A stretch of DNA of 60,000 bases. Source: Felis catus. Taxonomy: Eukaryota. The stretch lies in contig NC_058368.1 of the NCBI RefSeq assembly GCF_018350175.1, positions 187,180,001 through 187,240,000 of the forward strand, in the 5' to 3' direction. Of the stretch, positions 23,042-35,100 are shown piece after piece. The position numbers and the translations under genes were made by a program. The notes under the pieces were generated by a model, which was not told where the DNA came from, searched no databases, and saw only the letters and a program-made list of their open reading frames with translations. Positions within the stretch are counted from its first letter, which is position 1, and the number at the start of each line of letters is the position of its first letter.

Positions 23042-24710
23042 TTTGGCTAGTTTTCTGTCCCTTACAGGTTTTAAAAGCTTGTTATGTGTCCTGCACCTGC
23101 GAACACTACTATATTAAAGAGGGGTCATACACTGTCCGGGGCCTGGCCCTTCAGGAGGGATTTTTTGGAGTGTGTTACTTGCTCTCTGTTGTTGTGACCT
23201 TGGTTACTTTATCTCCCTACTTGTAGTGATGTTTTGGACCCTCCACCAGGTGTGCTTTGATTTGTTCCTTGAAGCAGCCCTGGAAAGGAAAACAAACAAA
23301 CAAAAAACAAAAACAAACAAACAAAACAGAAATACCAGCTACAAGCAAACAGGTGGAGGCATTGCTGATGGAAGAGGCCTTATCCCATACAAAGAGAGAA
23401 ATGACAGGGGTGGGGAAAAAGAAAGGAAAATAAATTGACCAGACAGAGAAACTATATGGCTTAATCCAGAGATAGAGAAAGGAAAATAAAGAAGGTGTAG
23501 AACATGTATAAAGAGAATAGACTAACTGTGTCTGCTTAAACAAACCAACAACCAGAGTAACCTGATTAGAGGAGGGAAGAGGTAGGAGACAAGGAAGGAA
23601 GAATATATATATGACAAGAATTATCCAAGAATTAAATCAGGCAGTGCAACAGAACTGGTCTGGAGTAGGAGCTAACAGTTTGTCAGCATCACTCCCGCTC
23701 TTGTAGATAAACAGTTACCAGGCATGGAGGGAGCATGATTTGGTGTAGTCAGGACCCACCTCCACTGTGGGCCCACTGTCTGTTCCCTGAAGCCCACCTT
23801 GGTGGTGGTGGGGAGAAAAATGGCGACACCCCTGTCTCTCCTCCACAGACCAGGTATCCCAAACCACTCTGTCCAAGCCATCCTCACTGTGCCCCCCGGG
23901 TGCAAATGAGGTGTTGTATCCTGCTCTGCTGACTCCCGTGCCTCCCTGGTGCTTGGCTGGGATTTAAACACTGATGTCTTAAAGACTCCCAACCCATGAG
24001 TCCCGGTTCCAGGGAAGAGTCGCCCCACCGCCTCACAGTGCCACACACAGCGTTTGTCCCACTCTGCCAACTCCCGTACCTTCCTGGCCCTCAGCTGGGA
24101 CTTAAACCCTGATGCCTTTAAAGTTCCCACTCTGTACACCCCAGTTTCAGCCACTCAGTGGCGCCCAATAGATGGTCTCTGGCTGGCAGGCACAGGCAGT
24201 CTTTGTCCTTTGAAAGCTTATATACCTTCTTCCCACAGCACTCCAGGGAGGGGATTGCTTACTCCCACTGAGGACTGTGCCTCTGAACTAGTTACTGAAC
24301 CCAGGACTGGCTCCCCTCCTCCCTAGGTGCATGAACCGGGCAGCCAGCCCCAGTCCAGAGGAGACCCTGCAGTTAGAGATTGGATCCTTTTCCATCCTGG
24401 CCCGTGGTTTTTCTTTTATAGTCCTATGCTTCCTCAGCCTTTCTCTCTCTTCCCTTTGTCTCTCTGCAGAAGGGGATCCCTCCCCTCCATGCCTATTCCA
24501 CCCATTTTATTTCTCCCAGTTTGCAATCACAGACCTATGGCCTGTCAGATTGCCCCAGTGGGTCCCTGCAGACATCTCTGTCACTTTGCCGCCCAGACTC
24601 TTGGAGTTCAAAGTCTTTTGGATTCAACACCGCTGTGTTTGAGAGATGAGGGAACTTCAGATCCCCCTATTTCTCTGCCCTGTTGGCCCCTTCCAACTTT
24701 CTTATCCTTC

Positions 24711-24835
24711 TTAATGGCCACATAATATTCTATAGTATGAATGCACAAAAATTTATGTAACCAATCCTCTGTATATGGACACTTAGGTTGATTCCAATTT
24801 TTTGCTCTTATAAACAATGCTGCAATAGATATGTC
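24711..24835 (-). mobile_element. Ancient L1M 3' fragment (right half of host)
   Basis: Minus-strand translation FIRAKNWNQPKCP..EDWLHK..IHTIEYY is the L1 ORF2 C-terminus. Confidence 0.8.
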
Positions 24836-25929
24836 TTTTACAGAATTGTTTGGGAAAGCATTTGGCTTTCACTGTTGGGTCTAATAGTTTTTTTCTGCCC
24901 ACTTGACAATTATGTAGTTATTTTTTTCACCAGGTTGGGAAGTAACTGAATAATAGGGACATATAACTGCCTTTGTGTCTTCCAGATAATTCTCTGACAG
25001 TGCTCCCCTTGCTCTAATATTTGATACCTTATCTGAGTAAGCCCCACAATGCTACTAAGAGAAAACTTGTATGTGATTTCCCTGGAAGACTAGAGAAACT
25101 AAGGCTCCATCTTCCATTTGTTAGTCTCCCACTACAGTCCCGGGAAACAAGTATAAGAACACTGACACATACTAGCTAACCGAGGTTTACCATGATGGTA
25201 TGGGTATAGTGGGAGAGCTGCACCTTTCAGGTCAGTGTATTAGTACTGTGTGGGCAGTTCCCCAAATCAAGATACTGTCACCAGAAAATAGGGATTTCAT
25301 GCTAGCTAGGCACAAACCATAGGTGCCCACTCTGGTGTGTGTTCAAGCAGACCCTCTATCAGCGACCCTTTATGATTATCCCTTTTATAGCTCTGAATTA
25401 CCGTGCCTCTCTAGTCCTCTTTCTACAGCAAGCCTAGATGATCTCTAACATACCACCCATCTGAAGCTTTCCCCGACTTTGTGATTTGTCATCACATATG
25501 GGGGAGGGAGGTGTCAGACTCAGGCATCTGCCTTTATTTTCTTTGGTCCCGATCTTGTCAGATCACTCAGAACTTGCCAGATGTGGAAATCTGGTCCTTC
25601 CTCTTGCCTTCCTGGCCAACTACATGTGGAAATTATTCACAGATGACCAACTGAAATGCCTTCTGAACACATTTTTGCTCTAATTTTCCAATCTGTATTC
25701 TGGCAAAGGTGACAGACACACACACACATATACTGAAATCTCAGCCTGAGTTCTGACTGGGCAAGATTTTTGACATGTGAACAAATTTTTATAAGCATAT
25801 GGATGACTCTGCTGATTGTATTGTTTGCTTCCATAAGCATCTCAGGAGGAAATCTTTAATAACAGCAGCAGCAGAAGCTCCATTTGCATTCCGGTGGCAT
25901 CATGCAGTCAGTATAAGACACAGAGAATT

Positions 25930-26320
25930 GTGTTGAAGAGTATAGGACCTGCAGTCAGTCTAACTGGTTTGGAACCCCATTTCCGTCTCTCAGTAGCTAT
26001 GTCACCTGAACACAGTCTTGAGCTCTCTGAACATCAGTTATGTTCCTACAAAAAGCAACAACAAAAACCAAAAAACATTATCCACACATACCTCAAAACG
26101 GCTGCTATGAGGATCTAATGAGTCAGCCCATGGAAAGTGCTTAACCCACGGCCTGTTACATCATAAATACAAAGTACTAATTGGTTATTCTTGTAGCTAT
26201 CCCTACGAGATTGTTTTTCCCCATTTTATAAATGTGCGAACTTAAAAGATACGTAAATAACTTGCCCACAACCAAAAGTAGCGGAACTGGGAATTAAACT
26301 TAGGTCTATCTGTCTCCTTA
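25930..26320. mobile_element. Two MIR elements in opposite orientation
   Basis: 'ggtttggaacccc...tctctgaacatcagtt...atgaggatctaatgag' (+) followed by 'ccccattttataaatg...taacttgccca...ctgggaattaaact' (-). Confidence 0.7.
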
Positions 26321-29300
26321 ATTCTTCAAATAATTTTTGGGTGCCTCCTATGTTCTACTGCAGTGGGAATAGAGAAACAGGTAGGCAAGTCGCCGCCATG
26401 ACCCTCATGGAGCTGGCAATTTAATAAGATGCCACAGAGCTCCTTGACATAACACCCACCCATTGTCTTTGTGAAGCTGCCCCAGGGCGCCTAGTTCAAA
26501 TGTCCCGGTCCCCCTCCCCCAATACTCTTGGTAGTAATTGCAGCAGCTAGAATTTACTGGATGCTGCTGGGTACTCATTTAATCTCCTCTATAGCCTTGT
26601 GGGGCAGCTACTGTGATCATCATTTTATGGATCAGAAATCTGAGGAGTGCAGAAGGTAGAATGACTTGTTAAGGTCATGTAGCTAGAAAATGCTGGAGCT
26701 GGTATTTGAACCTAGGCAGCACAGTTCATTACATTATCTCCCAGGAGGAAAGATGATCTTCAACTGGAAAGGGAGCCTGAGCAAAAAGCTGTGTCATTGC
26801 TGCAGCTAATCACATAGAAGGTAGGTCCCATTTTTTTGTGACCTGAGCTCCTACAGTTACCCTCCAAGGGTAAGAAATAGAGACATTTAGCCATGAAAAC
26901 AAAGAAATCAAGCACTAGCTAATTAAAAGCAAAGGCAGTAGGACTTAAACTGACTAGCTCTGCTCTCCTAAACTCCAATTACTTGAATTTTCAAGAATTC
27001 CTGTGTCAAGGAGCAAGCTCTTATTAGGTCAGACAGTGGCAGATATTGGCTCCCTTGAGCTTATGGGAATGAGGCTTGACTGGGTTGGGTACAGACAGGC
27101 ATGGCCCCAGAAGACCTGGGCAGAGGCTGAGCTAGGAGTCTAACTGATAAACACAGCCACCGCCTGCTGACTTCTGCAGCACGACTGCTTATCACACAGA
27201 GAGCTGTGTTCATAGGAGTTGAACAAACTTAGTTCTGACTCCCTGATTCAGAAGATTCATCTGAATCTCCACAGGCGCCTGGTGGGTCTAGGGAGCCAGT
27301 GATGCTGGTAATAAGTAAAATGATGCCAGCATGATTTTCCCCCATTTGTTGGCTTTATTCATGGCTACAGTTAGCAGCCAGCAAGGGAGCATCTGCACAA
27401 CCCTAAGGCATTGTGAAATGATTGTTGAGGAGTAAAAACAAGGCAGAGAAGAGAGACTCCCTGCAGGAGACAAAGAGACCTTGCCCTTCACAAATAGACA
27501 AAGCCAAACACAGCTGGAGCCTGAGTTCAGGTCTATGTTACTTACAAAAGAGAACACCCAGTCAAAACAGAGACTAGATTTGTAATCTTGTTCCCAAACT
27601 GAGATTAAGAAATCTAAAGCAATAAGTCCTTTCTGGATCAACTCCCCAGCTGTCTCCCGGTGTGGAGATTCCCACAGGAAAACATAAATGACTGCCCGGG
27701 ACTTTGCCAAAGAGGCTGAGCACAGCTGATAGAGCCAGACGGGTTATCATCCCTTTCCAAGGGCATAACTGATGGGGTGTTACATTTGAGCCTGGAAGCA
27801 CCAAGGCGGAATGGGGCGGGGGGCACTGGGTATTTTAACTCAATTTATGTGTCTACAAACTGTGAGTATCCAGGCAGGTTATGAGATCTGCCTAAAGCCA
27901 TGCAGCAACTTGATGGAAGAAACAGAACCGATGCTCCTTCTGCTCCCAGTTCACACTCAGACTTCAGCTGTGTCTACAGGGAAATGCAAGTACATCTGCG
28001 GGTGCTCCACACAGCCAGTGCAGCCTGGGAAGCCCTCCATCCTCATTAGCCATCATTAAGTTGCCAGGACCTTTAGTTACTCTTCCCATGGGGTCAAAAC
28101 AAAGGCCAATGTTATGTACTGTGTATGTCTGCCTCCTGGAGTTATATTGACAAAGCTCCTAAGGAACCCCAGTGGATGAAAACACCCTCCTGAATTAAAG
28201 CCCTTGAGAAAGTCTGCTGCACCTTCCTGCCTATAGAGTAAAACAATAATATCAAGGGTCTATTAGGAATAAACAGAAGAGAATAAGTTACCTCCACCTA
28301 TTGGGTGTTTGCTGGAGCCAGCAGGACGTTTCCAGAACCCAGAAAATGGTGGCAGGGTGATCAAGAGTCAGACAGGATGGGATTCAAGGCAAAGATCTGC
28401 CACTTTCTAGCTGTGTGACACTGGAAAACCCCAACTATAAGGTGGAGCTATTATGTACCTAACAAATGGCATGTAAATTACTTAGCTGAATAAATGGGCC
28501 ATCTTGATGATAGGTTTCTAGTACAGCTGGAAATGCCTCCAGAAATCACCTCACACAGAAGTTCCCAAATCTCAGTGAGCACAACCTTGTGTGAGGTGCT
28601 ATCTAAAATTCCATATAGCTAGGCCCCAGACACTCCTGTCCCATATAGCCCACTTTTATCCTCTCAAACTCAAAGACCTCCCCACTCCTTTGATATGCAA
28701 TTACAGAGTCTAGCGAGGGCAAAAGTAAGGTGCTTCCATCAACAACATCTGTAACTATTTTTCAAAATTTCTGAGGTGAGGAACCAGCTTCTGAAGTTTT
28801 CAAAGCTCCACAGGTGATTCTTAAGTAGCAAAATTAGCATCAGTCCTTAAAGTGATCTTGGGGGGCCCTGTGATGTAAGCCCTGAGAGTCCCAGAACCAT
28901 GGAACAAATTAGCAAATCATAATAACAGCAACAAATACACCCTTAGTTTTTCTGATTTTTAGTCTGATGACCTCACCAAATTAATTAAATTAAGGAAAGA
29001 ACAAATCCTGGTTGATTGTCTCCAGTGTGGTCCGTGTGACCTGGTATATGATGTTACCAACTATTTAGAGTCATCAAGTTTCTCCCTGAGAACTTACCAT
29101 ATGCAACTCAGAACCCTAAACCCAGGAAGATGGGAGAGCAGTGTGAGTGTTGAAGCATTGTTGACCTACTCCAGAGAAGGCTGGCTTTTTAGGACACAAG
29201 GTCACAGTATAGGCGTCTCAGTTCCTTCTCACAGACACCACTTCCAAGTGTCTTCCTGGGTGATGACAGGCATTGTGCCCAGATGGAAATGATAAAATCA

Positions 29301-29983
29301 AAAGAACAAACCAGGCACACAAACTGATAAGGGATGGCATGTGTCACATTCATAACCTGTGGTGAGGATTAAGTTCTCCTTTATCTGAGGGCTGACCAGG
29401 TGCCGCGAAATGTGCCGACTATTGTGACAACTTAAGCAGTCTTGCAAGAACAATACTCTTGTTTTTCCTTTATTCTCATTCATCAGTGCTTTTCATTTGT
29501 TATCATTGTAAAGACTGAGGAAATGTAAGCTTGCAGGGTAGGGATCACAGGCCTGAGATGAGCAGAAAGGCATACAAAAGAGAAAAATGGAACATTCCTG
29601 GTTTTACTAAAGGAAGCAAATTTTGTTTTTAATAAGTGCCCCAAATGTTAATGACTTTTCCTTTAAATAACAGAATGTTGCCCTCAATATTTCTTTATGC
29701 TTCAGTTTCTTCACTTGTAAAATAAGCATTCATAATGTGCCTACTTCTGAAGATTATCAAGATTGAATGATTTAATGCATGAAAAGCACTTGGCACAATG
29801 AATACATCATAATTGTTCAATGAATATTATATATTATAATTGCTATCAGACTGTGGATTCCTTTTATTAAGTAGTAAAATTTACTCAAATCTAAGGGTGA
29901 AAAATTTGGTGAATAATTCATCTGAGTGCATTTATATATATAATACTTTATATAATATGTATACCATTTAGGGCTTTAGACAC

Positions 29984-30591
29984 TGCATTAGTTTTTTATT
30001 GCTGTGTAACAAATTACCAGAAACTTAGCCTGAAGCAACACTCATTTATCATGTTACAGTTTCTTTAGGTCAGAAGTCCAGGCAAGGCATGGCTGGGTTC
30101 TCTCTTCCAGGTCTTACAAAGCTGAAATCAAGGTATTCACCTGGCTCTGTTCTTTACTGGAGACTCTTCCAAGCTTGTTCAGGGTTTGGGGCCAATTCAG
30201 TTTTTTGCAGTTTGTAGCACTGCAGACCCCATTTCTTTGCTAGTTGTCAGAGCTGAGACTATTTTTAGCTCCTAAAGGTCATCTACATTCTTGCCCACGT
30301 AGCCCCATCTATATATCTATCTTCTAAACCAACAATAGAAAATCTCCCTCCCATCAAACACGTTCCACACTTCAAATCTCTCTTGCCAGTCTCTTTGAGA
30401 GGCTCACCTGATTAATCGTACTCACCCAGGATAATCTATCTTAAAGTCAGTGGCTTTAGGACCCAAATTATGTCTGCCAGACCCATTCCTAGCAGTATTT
30501 AGAATACTATTTAGTTGAATTAATGGGAGAAGGCATGTATAGATCAGAGGCCAGGAACATTGGGGACCATCTTAGAGTTCTTCCTATCATA
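29984..30591 (-). mobile_element. MaLR solo LTR (MLT1E-like)
   Basis: TGCATTAGTTTTTTATTGCTGTGTAACAAATTACC start; 'ggggaccatcttagagttcttcctatcata' end. Confidence 0.85.
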
Positions 30592-31914
30592 GGTAGATTT
30601 TCTCATCAACTCTGGCTTGGGTCAAAGCAAGATGGGACAGTAAAATAATGACAGTGACTTCTTTTTTACATGCAACTTGTGAAATAATTCTTTAAAGATT
30701 ATTTTCATTGTTTTATAATTCTACCCCACATATGGAACACCCAAGACCCTTGGCTAGCACTTAGGAGGAATGAGGGTTAAAGATGCTAATGGTAATGTAG
30801 TATTAGACCCTCTAGAAATAATCCTAAATCCTCCTCAACACTACCTATAATTCACTTAACCTTTTAATACCTATTTTATTACCTGTAAAAGGAAGAGATG
30901 AACATTTACCTCACAGGGCTGACATTAAAATTTAAGGATATTTTACATAAACGATAATGCTGATGAACAGCTGTCATTTCTTGCAAGCTTACAAGGTGCA
31001 GGCACTGTGCATGCTTCTAGGAGCATTGTGGTATAATTGAAGGTGTGCAGCTACAGGCAGAGCTGTAATTCAGTCCCAGCTCTATCGCATTGTGTGAATT
31101 TCTGAACTACTCAGAGTCTCAGTGACTCTTTAGAGAATGGTGATGAAGAGAATAGGTAACAGATGACATTAAAATGGATGCACAACTGTCAAAAGTGTAC
31201 TGAGAAAAATTACCAAGTGTATCACTTAGAGATAAAAATACTGTGGAGAAGACCCCTTCTAAACAAAAGAGAGTACTCTTGGAGGTCCTTGAGGAAATGA
31301 ACACAAAGCCACCCTTTGTACTTTGAAAAGTTGCCTTGAAGATGAATTCATCTAATGTTTAAATTAAGCCTAGGGTATAGAAAAAAAAATACACAGTGAA
31401 AAGAAAATGAAAATATGTCCAACCCAGAACTCACACTCAGTTCTAATACCAAAACCAATGTTTTTTCACCTCACCACAAGAAATGGAGGCAATGGGAAGG
31501 AAGTAGAGGAAGTGGGTGGGGGAAAGTGGAGAAGACAGAAATACAGAGGAAGAATACGGGGAGGGTGGGAGGGAGAAGAGAAAATATATATGGAAAGAAA
31601 TAGGTGGGGGAAGGATTTGGTATATTACATACTTGTAAACCTTTCTTGTTACCCAAACTTGGGCTTCTACGGGTTGTAAAATGCAATTACTTCCTAACAC
31701 ATTTCACTGTGTGTTAATTAGGTGACTGGCAGCTCTTCAGGTGTCTTTTCTCTTAAGCCTTTAAAACTCTTCTTAGAATCTATGTGATAGGCTACACAGT
31801 ATGGCAAAATTATGAACTGTCCAACATAACCAAGGCAATGTGACTCCAAGATCTGAAAATCAAGCTGAGATCCTTAACTGAGTCCCTGTCCTTGGTCTAA
31901 AAATTAGCCACACA

Positions 31915-32148
31915 GGGACGCCTGGGTGGCTCAGTCAGTTAAGTGTCCGACTCCTGGTTTCAGCTCAGGTCCTTGTCTCACAGTTCATGAGTTTAAGCCC
32001 CATGTTGGCTCCATGCTAACAGTGTGGGGCTTGGTTGGGATTTTCTCTCCCTTCCTTTCTCTCTGCCCTTCACCTACTTGTGAGTGCTTCTTTTCTCTCT
32101 CCCTCCCTTCCTCCTTCTCTCTCTCTCTCAAAATGGATAAATAAACTT
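31915..32148 (+). mobile_element. Can-SINE (older subfamily)
   Basis: Head GGGACGCCTGGGTGGCTCAG; TSD TAAAAAT(T/C)AGCCACAC at 31898-31913 and 32148-32163. Confidence 0.96.
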
Positions 32149-35100
32149 AAAAATCAGCCACACTAACTGAATTAGCACCAAAAATGATGCTGAACAAGTG
32201 ATTGAGATGGTTTCAGTGTTTCTTTTTGCCTTTCTACTTCTTGCTAAGTGGTTCTCAAGAGATGGATTTCTTGCAGCCATTTGCTTCTAAAACTAGAATT
32301 AAATTCTCTGCCTTTGCCACTTCCTGTCCCAAGAAGCACCGCAATGCTGACTGCTCAGCACCTGGGGAGGAGCACTTTCATTCTATATTTTAATTAGGCC
32401 CTGACATCTGGTGTGGACAGAGTGCTTATTTGCACACCTGCAGGCTATTGGCTGTAAAGGAGCCCAGCCTATCTGGAGATTACTAGTGCAGATGGAGACT
32501 GCAGCCATTTAATTTAATAGAGCAATTGTGTGGGCCTTGTAGAATGTGCCACAACTGTGAAATGCGGGCCCCATCTCAATTCCAGGTACTCTGCGCTGTT
32601 CTTCATGTAACCCCCATGCCAATCTTCATAACAAATACAGTCAGTTAGAAGAGAAGCTTGGCAACAGAGCAGTTTCGAAAACCTTTCCAGGGGGAGAGGG
32701 AAGAAAGGTGGGGCTCTAGGAAGCAATTGAATTTATAAAGACAGTGAAGTTTGTCAAGGGTTTAAATGATCATCTTCCCTCCCCTGTTCAAACAAATGTG
32801 CTATGTAGCACTCCAGCCTCCTCTAATGAGCCTCTGTCAGTTGCAGCAGGAGGTGCAAATGTGACAGGAGGTGGTCAGAGTGGCCTCAGGAGCGCTTGTG
32901 TTTCCAGGACACTGGGAACAGTCTCTCAGTTTTCCATGACAGACTGCCAACTGAAGACTGAGGCCCCTGTTTTATGGAACTTCACCTGCAACATCTGTTT
33001 TATCTCCCACTGTATCCCCAATACCTCTTGCAGAGCCCGCCAGCTTATGGGCTCAATAAGCATTTATGGAAAGAAAGAATGAGTGATTAGTCAACTGAGG
33101 CAGTATTGCCAGACCACTGAGACCCATTAGCTTCCTGAATGCATCCTTCTGGACTTTCTCAAAGCTTTGGGCCCACCAGAGTAACTCACTGGAAATTCTG
33201 CCTGGCGGTGTGTTCACTGGCTATAAGAATAGGGATGCTCTTAGTTGGTTTACATTGTTTCCTAATTATCTCTTGCATGCCTGTGGACTCCCAGCTAGCT
33301 TACATTTTTGCTGAGGAGAAAGAGCACTTGTAATGTAGTGGCAAAGGGTACAAAACAGAAAAAATGCCTACCGTTAGGGTACTGATTGAATGTTGGAGGA
33401 GTTGAGAGGAAAAGGAATTCCTGCTGCCCAGGAAAATGGGAAGGGTCTTGCTATAGGTCTGGAGTATGGGTGGTCAGAGAAGTTATGCAAGACCTTCTGG
33501 GTAAAGAGGGAAAGACATAGAAAGCAGTTAACAGTGTGGATTATGGACAGTGTTGGCTTACATTCCCAGTTTTACCATTTTCCAGCCACATGAATTTGGG
33601 TGAATAGCATAATCTGTCTAAACCTTAGTCTTCTTTTTTAAAAAATGAGAACACTTTGATTATGGCAAAAGCATTAAAGAAAACATTAGGATTAGAGAAT
33701 TTTTAAAAACTTCAGACATATAGCAAATGCTTAATAGATAACAATGATGATGATAGGAGAAGTTAATGACTCAATGCCAGCAATGGCCAAGACCCCACAT
33801 GGAAAGTGCTCTGATTGGAAGAAAGGAAAGAGTCTTGTGCACTTGGGGAGGAAACTCCCTAACAGAGTAGGGAGCCAATTCAAGAAAACCTCAAAAACTG
33901 TGAAGTGACAAAGAAATACTGAGCAACAGAAACTTTCAGGACAGGAAAGGAAAGGTTTACTTGCAAGGAGTGCGAGAAAGTCAGACATGTGAAGGTCATG
34001 CTCACCAAATGCAAAATATAAGTGTTTAAAGGACTATACCCCCAAAATCTCCAAGGATACTAAGTTTACATGTGTCTGTTCCTTGTGGAAAAAAGAGCAT
34101 CTTTTTCATGTGATTACCAAATTCATAAAGTTCAGGATGTTTCCACAGACATTAGCATAGCAAACATCTGGGATTAAATTGCTTTGTTAGGGTTTCAAGG
34201 TTTATGTGTAATAATTGAGGTTCTAACATTTTAGGGACCACAACCAGTCAGCATAACCTGTTTTTTTTTGATATTTTCTGAGGATGAAGTCTCCCTTCCC
34301 CCAGTATCAATTTTTGCTTCCACTGAAATAATAGCTGTAATCAATTTCATGGCCACAGATATTTTATTCCAAATCAAGGATTTGGGAGTCAGACAGATGT
34401 TTGTTCAAATCCCAGAATTATTAAATGGCAATATGAGTTCAGACAAGTTACTTAATTTCTCTGAAGCATAGGCCCATCATTTGTAAAAAGGGGATAAAAC
34501 TCCTCTATTATTTTTTATGGATAAAATATAGGTAAGCACTAAGCACAGTGCCTGACATGTTAGGCATACTCAGCCAGTCTGAATATTCAGATGTTCAGTC
34601 AGAACTGATTTTCTCCAATCGCTCAGTGCTGTGTTTCCTCAGATTGCCCATGTACCCCAGGGAAGATGCAAAGGTGAGCATATCAACCCCAATGATCCTG
34701 GGAGCCTCAAACTTCTCCATAAGCTTTGAAAATCCCCTGGAGACTGAGTGGGAGCAGGTGTCAAACTCCAGTTTTCCTTTACCATATTCTGGATGAATGT
34801 ATGTGGATGAAATCACACCATTGTTGCCCTCAAGTCAGTCTTCAGCAAAGTGAGAAAAATAAAAAAATATAATGGGGTTTTCATAAAGTGAGATTAATAA
34901 CCTTAATGACTATCATTGTTCTAAGATCGTGTCATTCCTAATGTTAACAGAATAAAACCCATGGTAAGTGTGAAGGTAGTTCTGGCTTGGGTTTTGTTTT
35001 TCACTTAACTGGAAAAGTAAAACCTTAACAATCCTAGATCAGCTTGAAAAATTTCTTTGGACATTTTTTTTCAACTGTATAACCCAAAGTATGGGAACAT

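Larger units (their letters stand above)
17991..24697 (-). mobile_element. Full-length (~6.7 kb) felid/carnivore LINE-1, inactive
   Basis: Poly(T) at 17992, 3'UTR, ORF2, ORF1 and ~1.65 kb 5'UTR in order; TSD TTTCTTATCCTTC at 17978-17990 and 24698-24710; ORFs fragmented. Confidence 0.97.

Noticed and set aside
23672..24725. 130-160 aa ORFs in the L1 5'UTR as an ORF0-like gene
   Set aside because: GC-richer UTR sequence gives long frames by chance; no recognisable motif, and one frame runs out past the TSD
32353..32375. REST/RE1-like TCAGCACC half site
   Set aside because: The right half (GGACAG) is absent
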